64,000 nt of DNA, taken from Amoebidium appalachense (lineage: Eukaryota; Protista; Ichthyosporea). Where the stretch lies: contig CAVNZM010000015.1 in the NCBI GenBank assembly GCA_963693365.1, forward strand, positions 6,039,331 to 6,103,330. The letters are read 5' to 3'. The notes below the pieces were generated by a model. That model was not told where the DNA came from. It saw nothing but the letters and a program-made list of their open reading frames with translations, and made no database searches. Made by a program: the position numbers and the translations under genes. Positions 32,185-44,000 of this stretch are shown here, one piece after another (within the stretch, counting starts at the first letter, position 1; each line of letters opens with the position of its first letter).

Positions 32185-32481
32185 GGTTAAGATCTCGCAG
32201 GCCACCAGCCGATCATGATCTGATTCATGCGATCGGACTGGATAACGATACCATCTTCCAACATCCCCACTCAGGACGAATCGCAGAATCAGGTTAGGGT
32301 GGACTGCCCCCTCAGTCCCCACTGAACCTCTGTTCATGCTACCATTTTGGATTTTGTCCTGGTGCAGAGACTAGCGATCTTGCTAGCCTTGAGATCACAA
32401 CCTAACCACTGCCGATGGTTGTGATGACGCCAGTAAAGGCGTGCTGGCTTTTACCCCAGCGAGAAGAGGATGAGAAAAAGA

Positions 32482-32554
32482 TGATCCCGACGGGATTTGA
32501 ACCCGCGACCCCTCTATCTCCGGTCGAGTGCTCTACCAACTGAGCTACGAGATC
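32482..32554 (-). tRNA. tRNA-like cloverleaf in the TRIM 5' LTR
   Basis: Identical to 19574-19646 on the opposite strand. Confidence 0.8.
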
Positions 32555-34704
32555 GGTTAAGATCTCGCAGGCCACCAGCCGATCATGATCTGATTCATGC
32601 GATCGGACTGGATAACGATACCATCTTCCAACATTGCCCTTGCTGCCTACGTGGATGACTTCACCGTGACGGCCGCCACTGATGCGCTCATCGACGATTT
32701 TTTCACCAAGCTGGATGCTCGTTTCTCTGCCAAGGACCTGGGTCGTCCTACCCTGCTCATCGGGCACACTCTTACCTGGCTGGAGGACGGGTCTCTGCGT
32801 CTGGGCCATCGTCAACACCGACATGTTCACCAAGGCCCTGTCTGCCTCTTTCTTCACCAAGGCCGTGGGGATGCTCAACATGTGCTGAGCACCCGTCATC
32901 AACCAACTGCGCCCTCATACTTCAGGGGGGGGAGAGAGTTGCATCCGACTGTGCAACTACGTGTACCATACTAAAATTGAGTAGGGGAATCTTTATTGTC
33001 TGTATTTTGTGCACCTGAAGCACTCGAGTTCAGTTGCATTAGTTCATACCACAATTATCCAATTGAGTAGGGGTGTTGGAGTACACTGGTACTCCCGGCT
33101 AGCAATGTCTGTTAGAGAAAGTTTCTGAGCAATTGAATAATTGTTTCAACACTCACTCGAGTGCATAGAGCTTTTGTTTACGGTCATATTCATATATGGT
33201 AGTTATATGTTTGAGCCAAAACTGTACCAATGACGAGCTTCACTAGCAACGTGCTAATTGTGCTCATTAATTAATATTCCCGGTTCAGATGATGTCATGT
33301 CTATATTTGCCACAGGATTCTATTCTTAGAGTGGTAGTGTGCTTTATTCCCGGATATTCTCAGAATATTTTTAGTTGTGTGAAGTAAGATTTATGTTTAA
33401 CTGCAATTGGTGTGTTAAACACGTTTATTTGTGTGCTTTAGTGCAAGTTAACTAGCCACTCAACGTGCACAGTTAACTTTTATATCTTTAACGACTTGTT
33501 TTCATTGTGCTCTCTTTTCGGCCATGCTGTACATGGCCCACCACCAGGGTGCACACGAGGCCACCATGAGGTGGCCAACGACTATATAAAGCAGTGCCTC
33601 CCATGTCACAAACATGGGAAGCAGAACGTTTGATTTACACTTTTCTACTGTCGTTTTCAGTGCACAAAACACATAGACAAGTTACCCATCATACACGACA
33701 CTATGTCTGACAACTTACAGTTGCAGCAACTAGTCCAACTACTGGAGCAGAGGTTGGCCTCACAAGATGCAATCATTTCTGACTTACAGAAGGAACAACG
33801 TGCACTAGAACTAGCTTCTATGAACACGATGTCCAACAGTAGCCGGGCCCTGCATCTTGTTTTCGGAGATGGCAATGTGCAGCTCTCGGCAGAGTTGCAG
33901 GAAGGTGGATAGGTGACGTTGGCACTGCTCTTGGGTGGGGGCGACTATAATCCAGTCGTCTACGTAGTGGCGGATGAGGGTAACACCGTGCTGGTGTGCC
34001 AGCCACTGTAGGGTGGCCGCGATCCGTTCCCAGATGGCTGGGCTAGATTTCAGGCCGAAGGGCAGTCTGGTTTCAACGTAAAATTGCCCCTGCCATTTGA
34101 ATGCCATTAAGTGATGGTCTTCTGGTCGGATGGGCATGTGCCGGAAGGCGGCCTGCACATCTGCCACGGCCATGTAGCAGCCGGGGCCTGCGTCGAGAAT
34201 GAGCTGGGTGACATCCCGGGCGCGAATGTACTGAAGTTCGTCGGGGTAGGTGATGCTGTCATTGACACTGCTACCCCGGGGCCAGGAGAGGTGGTGGATT
34301 CGACGGTACTTGGGGGGGTTCCCTTTCTTGGTAACGGCGCCGATGGGGGAGGAACGGTGGACCGGAAATTCGTCAAAGAATTGGGCCGGGGAGAGGGGGC
34401 CGCGCAGGTGGCCGAGCGCGACTTCTTTGGCAATATCCGCCGTGATAGCGGCAGCTGCCTCCGGGGTGGTGGGTAGGTTGGGGCCCACCCGAGAGGTGGA
34501 GGGGCCGCGATAGCCGATGTCGACACCGAATTCGACATCGTGGAGGAGTTGTGCGGCGAATGATTGGTCTGGGTAGGAGGCCAGCAGTTCCCGGAGGCGG
34601 GAGGTGTCAATGTGGTGCTGGGGCAGCGGGCGGGCCTCCGGGTCTGAGCCTCGGGGGAAGGGGTGGTTAGCAAGGGTGGGGCACCCTCGGGGAGATCCCG
34701 GCAG

Positions 34705-34741
<37 letters not shown>

Positions 34742-35129
34742 CAGGGCCCCGGGGGGTTAGAGTAGGGCAGCTGGGCCCGAGGGAGGGTTGACAGGGAGGG
34801 CAGCGGGGCCCTGTGCAGGGGAATGTGCCCGAGCACGCGGGGGTGTGGGCGGACACAGAGGTAGAAGAAGGGGGGAGGGAGTGCTAGGTGAGTGTAAGGG
34901 GGGGGGGAGGCTCGTGGGATGGGGGGGGGAGTAAAATTATGTGCAGTGGCCAGAATAAACGTCTTTGTGTAGGGACATTTATTCTTGACGCGCGCGGGCG
35001 CCGTAGTTGGCCTGCGAAATTTTGTACTCAGCCCTATTGGCCCATTCTCCCGAGCTCCGTTTCCTTGTACTCGTGTGTCCTAGCTCCTAACCCCTATGTT
35101 CTAGCTGTGTGTGTGGGTGTGCGCGTAGA

Positions 35130-36303
35130 CTAGGCATTGTGCTTGTAGTCTTTGCGGGGGTGTGTGCCAGAGCAGAGAGGGCACACGTGGGAGAAGGGGC
35201 AGGGCTGCTTAGCGCAGGACCGACCGTTAATGTGGAAATTCCTGCAGTGCGTCGCGGGTAGATCCACGGGTCGGGCCGGTTTTGCCGGGCCGGGTTGCGG
35301 GCCAGGGCGGTTAGGGGTTTGACCCCCGCCGGGCTTGTGGGGCGGCTTAAAGCCGTCAAGACCACAGCCGGGCTTGGGGTACATGGGGCAGGCCGCGCTG
35401 GGGTGGTCGGGGAAGCCACAGCGCTGACATGCGTCCGGGATGAGCAGAGTGGGTGGCAGGAAGAGATCCTGGTGGAGTTGGGCGAGCAGGTTGGGACACT
35501 CGATCGGAGCCCGACCCTGCTGGTGGGCAACGGTACGGGCGTATACGTCATAGTTGTGGATCTGGGCCCACGGGTATCGGGTGCTAAGGCGAGTGATGTG
35601 CTGAGTCCAAAGGACGTCCTTGTCCGTGGGGAGGCCGAGGTGGTGCTTGGCGGCCATGTAATGGGTCCAAGCTTGGATCCAAATGACGAGTGAACGCAGG
35701 GGGACGGGTTTGTCATGGCGAAAAGTCTCGATGCTGCCGTCGTCGGCCATGCGCAGCTGCTGACCTTTCTTGGATGGGGCCAGGAGGGCTGCGGGGGTGA
35801 ACTTATACAGGTCGACGAAACGATTGGCGCGCAAATCTGCCAGCACATCCGCGGGGGGAAGCGGGAGTGTGCCCGGCTGAATGTCGCCAGTGTTCTCACC
35901 TGTGATGGGGGGCGCAGGCAGGGCAGGTAGGTCTAGGTCAGGGCCGAGATGCAGCCCCGGGGAAACCTCCCCGGGTGCGGAGGGCGCGGCGGGGGGCGCG
36001 GGAGGGTCGCGGTTGGTGAGAGCAGCCAGGACGCCAGCCATCTGGGTGCTGATGGCGGTGAGGGCGGCAAGGACGGCGTCTTGAGAAGTCATCTGCGGGG
36101 ACGGACAGCGGGGCGTGAGGGGGGATTTCAGGAGTGGAGGGGAGAGTAGCCGGCGGGTCCGGGTCCGTGGTGGTATGGGCCGCTGGAGGCGCGTCAGTGT
36201 CCCCGGGAGCGTTGGTCAGCCTGTGGCGGAGGTCGCTGCGGGTCAGGCGCTTAGGTGCCGCGGCAGGGGCGGTGGCTGAGGCCTGGCGCTTTTTCGGCGG
36301 CAT
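35130..36303 (-). pseudogene. Gag-like ORF1 of Ngaro copy 1 (frameshift near 36100)
   Basis: Start MPPKKRQ at 36303. The remainder in ORF 35130..36092 is nearly identical to 46768..47937. Confidence 0.85.
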
Positions 36304-37189
36304 GCTGACCGGCGTAGGGAAAGATAGGGAGAGTGAAAAGAAAATATAGCTGTAAAGCTGTAGGTGCTAAACACAGAAGATGTGTTTGTTGCTTGCTGAT
36401 CTGCTAAAAACTGTCGTGCTTATATACCCAAGGCTACCGAACTGAGCCAATCAAAATCGATCTAGTGTTATGTGAAATCTGATCCTGAGCCAATCAAACT
36501 TGGTCTAGTGATCTGTGGAATCTGATGTTTTGATCGGCTAATAGGTGCCCGTATGCGGGCCGCCGAACGCGAACTGCTAAAACACGAAACGAAGCCTGTT
36601 GATATCGGACACCCATCCTACGTGTTTACCCAGAAAAATATTTATGTCAATAATTTCCACAAATAAAACCCAAACGGAAGAAGCACACAACGACGGTTGC
36701 CTCTGAAGACTCGGAAGATGACGGTAGCCAATGACGATATATGAATATATATAGAAGAAAACAACTAGTGTATGTGTGATGTGTTGGTGGCTAATGATTT
36801 ATACTGGGGACCACCCAGATAAACACAAGGCATGAACATCTTGTGGACTGATTTATAGACTGGTGGTCAACCAGTTAAGACACGGGGAATGAGCATCCCG
36901 AGGACTAGGTTTAGACTGGCAGTCAACCAGCACGCCATGGCTATAGATAATTATTTATACTGGGACGCCATCCCAGTTCGACAGATATATAAGTCGAATA
37001 TAAAAGAAAACCAATATATATGATGGTATATAAATAAACGACGGATGGTGGAGAAGAAATCCCCACTGAAGATGCACACACTGAAGATCGATGAAGACAG
37101 CAGTAGACTTTCGTTGGGAGGTGTCTCTACACGGTGATGTGTAGACAACTGGCCAGGACCCCAACCTACTTGAAGACCACTGTAGATGA

Positions 37190-37223
<34 letters not shown>

Positions 37224-38353
37224 GGGGGGGGGCAGGCTCAGTCACGAAGACTGAGTGAAGCACGGTGCTGCTCGTGGGAGGGCCCGGGCAGGGGCTTGGT
37301 GAAGATGTCAGCCACGTTGTCTTTGCTGGACACGTAGGTGACGACCACATCCCCACTCTTGATGTAGTCCTTCGTGTTGTGGTACCGGACTGCAATGTGT
37401 TCATCAGCAAACATCTCCCGGCATCTTTTTCCCGTCTCAAACCAGTCTGGGACATCCTAAACCCGTAACCCATCCTGAACCATACCCTTTGTAACCGTTA
37501 TTAGTTAGAGATGACTCCAAGCTATCCCTAACCCGTCCGGCTTTAGCAGGCGATATTAAAGACATCTCTGTAAGTACGTCCTTAGCATATCTGTAACCCG
37601 GCGAAACCCTATCCCGTGTTCCATCTGTTTCCTCCCCCAAGCATATCTTAGAGCCGTCACGGTCTTTGTTATGTCTTAAACGAATCTATAAAAAGACAAT
37701 ATTTATGAACTTTTACTAAAAAGATATCCCCAGCATATCTGTAAGCTATCGATCAGCCGTCTACAAGAGCGCTTTGCGATCACCAATATCCATCTTTAAT
37801 ACTACTTTATGTGGTTCAGACGAGCATATATGGCATACTTAACACCTCTTGAAGAATTTGCAGAGATATATTACAGATATGTTGTGGTTAACCTAAATGT
37901 ATCCTTACGATGTAGTTATGTAATATGTTATTTCAGTTTAACACGAGTTGTCGACTTTAGGACGTACTAAAAGCAACTCACCGATAGGCTAGGGATATTT
38001 TTATTGGTACATAGTGACACAAACAAGATATGCGTGAGACGTATTTACGTCATAATATAGATTCATCATGTCAATTGAGGAAAAGACACAATTAATATAC
38101 ACTTTAGACGGCTTTAGGACGGCCTACCGTTATATATGGTCGCTCCCATAGATAGAATAATTATATATTCATAGTTCTGGTAAGAGCACCGGAAGATTTC
38201 TTGATGCAATTTTAAAGCCATCTTTCAGGATGTTCTAAAAGTCACACTAAAAAGACCGTCGTCATCCTTAAAGTCATCTGTTGGATGGCTGGAGGTTGTC
38301 GTGATGATATCTTAAACCCCCACCTCCCTCCTCCTCCCCCCCCCCCCCCCCAC

Positions 38354-38925
38354 CCCACATGAACCTTTGACGATCGATGACGACGATGAGGTGCCAGACC
38401 CACAGGGTCTTTTCCTGGGGACCACCACCCACCCCACATGAACCTTTGACGATCGATGACGACGACGAGGTGCCAGACCCACAGGGTCTTGCCTCCATAC
38501 TTTATTTACCTTAACAGGACAAAGAGCCGGTACCCACCTATGGGTGCTAAACATGCACATGATCATTCATGTGCTATAACTTGAAGAGCAACACAGAAAC
38601 GAAACACGGAAACAACAGCAGCCATAGGACAAAGAGCCCCAGACCCACAGGGTCTTGCCTCCATACTTTATTTACCTTAACAGGACAAAGAGCCGGTACC
38701 CACCTATGGGTGCTAAACATGCACATGATCATTCGTGTGCTATAAGAGCAACACAGAAACGAAACACGGAAACAACAGCAGCCATAGGACAAAGAGCCCC
38801 AGACCCACAGGGTCTTGCCTCCATACTTTATTTACCTTAACAGGACAAAGAGCCGGTACCCACCTATGAAACGAAAAACGGAAACAACAGCAGCCATAGG
38901 ACAAAGAGCCGGTACCCACCTCTAG
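38354..38925. repeat. Compound tandem repeat (~80-bp and ~170-bp units)
   Basis: cagacccacagggtcttgcctccatac...ggtacccacctatg occurs three times; ccccacatgaacctttgacgatcg occurs twice. Confidence 0.85.
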
Positions 38926-40004
38926 ATGATAACGTAGCCTTATAGCTGCTGATGACTTCATGGGCCAACCTTGCCAAAACCTGTAAAGGAACTCGAGCTA
39001 AGAATTAGCTCATCCTACTTGCGAGAAGTGGGGGGGAGGGGGGGGGGGGGGGGGGGGACTGAGGGGGCTGACTGAGAGTGGCAAAAAAAGAGTCGACAGA
39101 ACGAACCTCAAACATAGTAAGGACGGAAACCCGGACCAGAACTTATGAAGTCTAGAGAAGCAGAAAATAGCTTGAACGATCGGTGGAGGGGATGATAGCT
39201 ATAGTGCTAACAGCAAAAGTAGTGCCGTGGCACAGTCGCTGGTTCAGGAACGTGAAAGGCAACGTGCATCTGCAGCCAGCAGACACACGCACACGCACGC
39301 ACACACACACACATACACACACACACACATCTATGAAAACTACTCCGGGACGTGTGTTGCCTCTAGGGGGACATCCCCTTGGACGAAAGTGAACCTGCAA
39401 TGGTTGTAAACCACGGCAGGCCCCCAGTCATCAATTTATTGATCCGTGAGGTCCTTGTGCCCAAAAAACGGGGGAAGTCTTCGCCCCGTGAAAAAACAGC
39501 ACGTATGTGGGGATCAATGGGGGTTGAGTGTAGGGTGTAGGTGGGTGGGTGAAAAAGAGAAATATAGCTGTAAAGCTGTAGGTGCTAAACACAGAAGATG
39601 TGTTGTTGCCTGCTGATCTGCTAAAAACTGTCGTGCTTATATACCTACGGCTACCGAACTGAGCCAATCAAAACCGATCTAGTGTTATGTGAAATCTTAT
39701 CCTGAGCCAATCAGACTCGGTCTAGTGATCTGTGGAATCTGGTGTTTTGATCGGCTAATAGGTGCCCGTATGCGGGCAGCCGAACGCGAACTGCTCAAAC
39801 ATGAAACAAAGCCTGTTGATATCGGACACCCATCCTACGTGTTTACCCAGAAAAATATTTATGTCAATAATTTCCACAAATAAAACCTCTATGAAAACTA
39901 CTCCGGGACGTGTGTTGCCTCTAGGGGGACATCCCCTTGGACGAAAGTGAACCTGCAATGGTTGTAAACCACGGCACGAGAGCAGTATGCTTGCTCCAAA
40001 GGTT

Positions 40005-41036
40005 TCACTTAAGAATAGAGGCGAATACACGTGTGGTAGTGGCAGCAATGGAGGCCGGACGAAGTCGTGTATAGATCAGGAAACAGTCGGAGGACCACCT
40101 GCCGAGTTGTTTGATCCGGGAGTCGTCGACCCCGGCCTCAGCCAGTGCTGTGGCCCCCCCGATGCGGAGGCTGTGTCCGGCAAACCGGGAGGGTGAGAGG
40201 CCTGCCCGGGAGAGGAGGGCACGGAAGTCGGCAGAGAAAGCACTCTTGGTGTAGGGGATGCCACCGAGACTGAAGAGGGGGTCGTCGGGTTGACCGGACG
40301 TTGTATCCAGGAACTGCCGGAGGAGATGGGCTGGGGAGAAGTGGGTGAGGGGCAGGGCAGCTAGGGTGATGTTGACACCTCGGGCCTGTACATCCGTCTT
40401 AGAGGTTGGCAGGTGGAGGGTGGCATGGGACAAAGTACCGGTGGGGGTGTAGGTGAAGGTCACGTCTTTCCGTTTAACGTGACGGGACGGGTTGAAAGAA
40501 GTCAGGGTCTTGGAGGTAAATTCCCCTGACCGGAGGAGGCCACAGAAACCGACGATGAGGGCTGTCCATAGCCGGAGATTGGCCGAGGAGGCCTTTGTGG
40601 GGCACTGGCCATGAAGTAGGCTGAGGTGGGAGGGCAGGAGGGGTTCCCTGGTTGATGAGCGGGGTCGGATGTTGTGAGAAAGCTGCCATCTGCCCACCCC
40701 CCGTAGGAACCAGGCCAGAGACTTGTCGTGGGGGTAGGGAGCAGGGAGGCCCATGTCGAGGTGGAGCCTGGTGATGGCTGAATTGTAGCCGGTTAAGGAA
40801 GAGGCCTGTACCCCTCGTTGGGCACACCAGGCGAGAAAAAGTTGCACGGTGTGTGGGGAGGCCGGGAGGGAGGACCCGGAGGGGGATTGCAGTCGAGATG
40901 CCACACAGAAATCGATGAACACTTTCTGCACCCGGGAGTAGAAGGCCCGAGAGTCGAGGTTGAGACTCAGGGCCTGGCATTCCTGCAGGGTAGTGGTGGC
41001 TCGAAGCAGCTCGGCCGGAGCAAAGTGGGGGGCCAA
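40005..41036 (-). CDS. Tyrosine recombinase of Ngaro copy 2 (open frame; start codon uncertain)
   Basis: Catalytic residues R (LLRSGE), K (SKTD), HSLR, GRW and Y (FLIY). Confidence 0.92.
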   Translation of the reverse strand: MAPHFAPAELLRATTTLQECQALSLNLDSRAFYSRVQKVFIDFCVASRLQSPSGSSLPASPHTVQLFLAWCAQRGVQASSLTGYNSAITRLHLDMGLPAPYPHDKSLAWFLRGVGRWQLSHNIRPRSSTREPLLPSHLSLLHGQCPTKASSANLRLWTALIVGFCGLLRSGEFTSKTLTSFNPSRHVKRKDVTFTYTPTGTLSHATLHLPTSKTDVQARGVNITLAALPLTHFSPAHLLRQFLDTTSGQPDDPLFSLGGIPYTKSAFSADFRALLSRAGLSPSRFAGHSLRIGGATALAEAGVDDSRIKQLGRWSSDCFLIYTRLRPASIAATTTRVFASILK

Positions 41037-41092
41037 TCTGCCAGCGTTGCTCCGGAACGGGAGATCTGGGGGGGGGGGGGGGGGGGGGGGGG

Positions 41093-44000
41093 TTAGCCCA
41101 AGGGAAGGGATAGGAACTCGTGGACCCAGGAGGGGAAGGGGCAGGGCTCCGGTTGCAGGGAAGGTCGGAGTCGTCGGGCCCGGGGAAGTTGGTTACGAGA
41201 AATGGCATCGGCCAGATGGTTGAGGGGTCCTGGTAGGTAGGATGCCTGTAACGTAAATTGGTATTGCATTTCCATGCGGGTGATGAACCGAATGAGTTTG
41301 GCCATCACGGGGTGGGGGGAAGACCGGGAGTGTAGGTCAGACACAGCACCCGTGTTGTCGCATAAAATACGGACATGGTGGGTGGACCAGGAGGGGGCCC
41401 AGAGGGCCACGGCGGCTGCGATGGCCAGGAGTTCGATGACGGAAGAACCTAGTTTACCCTCATGAGCATAGAGGGCTTGGGTGGAGGGGGACCAGGGCAT
41501 GAAGAACCATTGGTCGAGCCAGTGGCCTCCTAGACCCACCGATCCGGCAGCATCGGTGGCCAGGGTGGTGTATGTGGGGGGTGTAATGAGGTGCACCCCA
41601 TTCCATGATGTGAGGAACTGGTGCCATTCGGCTATGTCGGCCCGGGCGGCAGCCGTCAGTCGTATGTGGTGGTGGCCGGCAAGGTGTGGGTGGGTCCGGA
41701 GAAGGGCCCATAGGCGCTGGGAGAAGGCCCTCCCGGGGGGAACCAGCTGGGCACACCAGGTGAGTTTGCCGAGGAGGGACTGGAGGCCCCGAATGGTGAT
41801 GGTGGGCTTTGGGTGGGAAGTGAGGTCGAGTAGGTCCGAGAGCTTGGAAGCCGGGATTCGTGCCTCCATGGCGATGGAGTCGAATTCGATACCGATGAAG
41901 ACGACACGGGTAGCCGGGCCCTACATCTTGTCTTCGGAGATGGCAATGTGCAGCTCTCGGCAGAGTTGCAGGAAGGTGGATAGGTGACGTTGGCACTGCT
42001 CTTGTGTGGGGGCGACTATAATCCAGTCGTCTACGTAGTGGCGGATGAGGGTAGTACCGTGCTGGTGTGCCAGCCACTGTAGGGTGGCCGCGATCCGTTC
42101 CCAGATGGCTGGGCTAGATTTCAGGCCGAAGGGCAGTCGGGTTTCAACGTAAAAATGCCCCAACCATTTGAATGCCATTAAGTGATGGTCTTCTGGTCGG
42201 ATGGGCATGTGTCGGAAGGCAGCCTGCACATCTGCCACGGCCATATAGCAGCCGGGGCCTGCGTCAAGAATGAGCTGGGTGACGTCCCGGGCGCGAATGT
42301 ACTGAAGTTCGTCGGGGTAGTGTAAACAACTGTACACATGAACTGTACATGTTTACTAAAGAATGTGATCTACTAGCACACGATTCGTGCTTTGTCATGA
42401 ATAGCACATAAATATTATGTCCGCACCAATAGGACTCACTCTGACCTAAGAATTGGACCATATATGGTTCTACCGCTGCATACCACATCAACGAAGTGAA
42501 CCAATAAGATGTTTTTACAGCTTAAATAGGACGAAGGTCTGACTGGCTCGGACCGCACCAGAATCACGAATGGCATGTTGCCACCCGCGCTGGCCGTGGA
42601 TGAACCAATCCTGGGCCTTGATCCGAAACCTGGGGGCTATATAAGAAAGCCGTCCCAGTACGGGGATCACATCAGTGAAGTCTAGTCTGAGACAGACTGA
42701 GTCGGCCCATAGTAAAAGCAATCTGGCCGTGTGTGCCTTTCTACCCGTTCTCTGTCTTTATGTTGATTCAGTTGTACTCTGCCTTATCCTAACTAGTCCA
42801 ACTGTTTACATTGGCGACCGCGCAGTTCAAGAATCTCGCATCCTTCGAATCTCACATCTTTCAATCAGTTCAAGAATCTCACATCTTTCAATCAGCTCAA
42901 GAATCTCCCATGGCCGATCACAATCCTTATTACCCCGATGATAGGCACATCTTTCCTTGTCCGGCTTAGAATATATACACCGACAAGTTTGAAGTGGCCA
43001 GCCCACCTACACGGAAAGAATTGAAAGCATGTAAAACTTCTTTTGCTACGACACATCAAAAATGTGAAGAAAAACGAATACACAACGAAACAACGAATAC
43101 ACGAACAAACGAATAAAGAATTGCTAACGAAGCAATGAACCAACGAAAAACGAACCATCACGAATACGCAATGAAATAAAGAATTAACGACAAGCGAATG
43201 CATAGAGGAAATACGAAATGAATGCAACACAAAACAAAACAAAGTAACGAAGTTATCAAACGACAAAAAACGAAAAACGAAAGCAAAATGAAATGGAAAT
43301 ACGAAAATGAAAGAACGAATGCACAACACTGCTTGGGTTCAATGCACACAGCCCCCTCTATGTTACGAAGAAAAGAAAACCGTTGCCCTTGCGTGCATTG
43401 CGCTATTGCACACTGTCATCGTGTCCATGCCACCGCATGCACCTCCACACTCGCAAGCCAGATGCACGGCCACTTTCAGCACGAATGCATTTAAAGAAGA
43501 AGATAGTCGCTGTTCCTATAGCATTGAGGACATAAGGTGCTGTGAAAGTAGTTTTGCATGCATGCTTCGAATTTCTTGCTGTTTTCGAATACAGCATGCC
43601 CCATAGTTTAGCGCACAGGATGCACAACATGCGCATGAATGTATGCTGGCATGCCTAAACACATTACGAACATATGCCTCATGTATGGCGGCCCTTCCTG
43701 GTGCCACGCCCTAACGAATTTGCACTCTTGGTGCACAAAAGGCATGTAATAAAGTCGATGCAGAACTTTTGTTCATGCATGTGAAAAACAAAGAAGGTGT
43801 TGGGTACGAATTTTAAGGTGAATGCCCGTCTGTGGCAATACTGTGTAACATACCAATTACACTGTCAAGCCTTGCACTAGCTGCCGGCACACCCCCACCA
43901 GAACAAAAGAATGTGGTATGGGCACCGTTCCCTCACAACCCCAGCATACAGTGTCAGTATTTTGGCTGGAAGCCTTTCAGTTTCGAATTACGAATACCCT

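Larger units (their letters stand above)
31975..32633 (-). mobile_element. TRIM (miniature non-autonomous LTR retrotransposon) with tRNA-derived LTRs
   Basis: 5' LTR 32337-32633 (297 bp, TGTTGG...GTAGCA). 3' LTR 31975-32263 appears identical but lacks the last 8 nt. The 73-bp internal region ends in PPT gagtgggga. TSD TTGCC (31970-31974, 32634-32638). Confidence 0.93.
28637..32888 (+). pseudogene. Copia-B Gag-Pol with a frameshift (~29455), a TRIM insertion (31975-32633) and an internal RT/RNase H deletion (~32810)
   Basis: The ATG lies inside the 5' LTR. Motifs LDSGVTDH, WHYRLGH, SDGGGEY, FKARLVARG and AYVDD, then an abrupt jump to DMFTKAL. Confidence 0.9.
28008..33838 (+). mobile_element. 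Ty1/Copia LTR retrotransposon (Copia-B), defective
   Basis: TSD GTAGC (28003-28007, 33839-33843). 765-bp LTRs 28008-28772 and 33074-33838 (TGTTGGA...TCCAACA). PBS ggttatgggccc, PPT gagtagggg. Confidence 0.95.
27183..34836 (-). pseudogene. RT/RNase H of Ngaro copy 1, split by Copia-B (pieces 27183-28007 and 33839-34836)
   Basis: YRRIHHLSWP, LPFGLKSSP, HYVDDW, TDAAGSVGLGG, LCDN and NHLADAISR motifs. Confidence 0.9.
18459..36670 (-). mobile_element. Ngaro/PAT-type tyrosine-recombinase retrotransposon, copy 1 (interrupted by Copia-A and Copia-B)
   Basis: Split direct repeats A1 36333-36670, B1 19018-19106, A2 18680-19017 and B2 18459-18547. Order is gag, RT/RNase H, YR. No TSD. Confidence 0.93.

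Noticed and set aside
31975-32633. Tandem pair of tRNA-derived SINEs
   Set aside because: The tRNA is internal rather than at the 5' end, there is no poly-A or repeat tail, and TG...CA ends, a PPT and one 5-bp TSD around the pair fit a TRIM.
36671-37237. 3' LTR of Copia-D
   Set aside because: A PPT-like agtgggga is present but not followed by TG, and there is no partner LTR to define boundaries.
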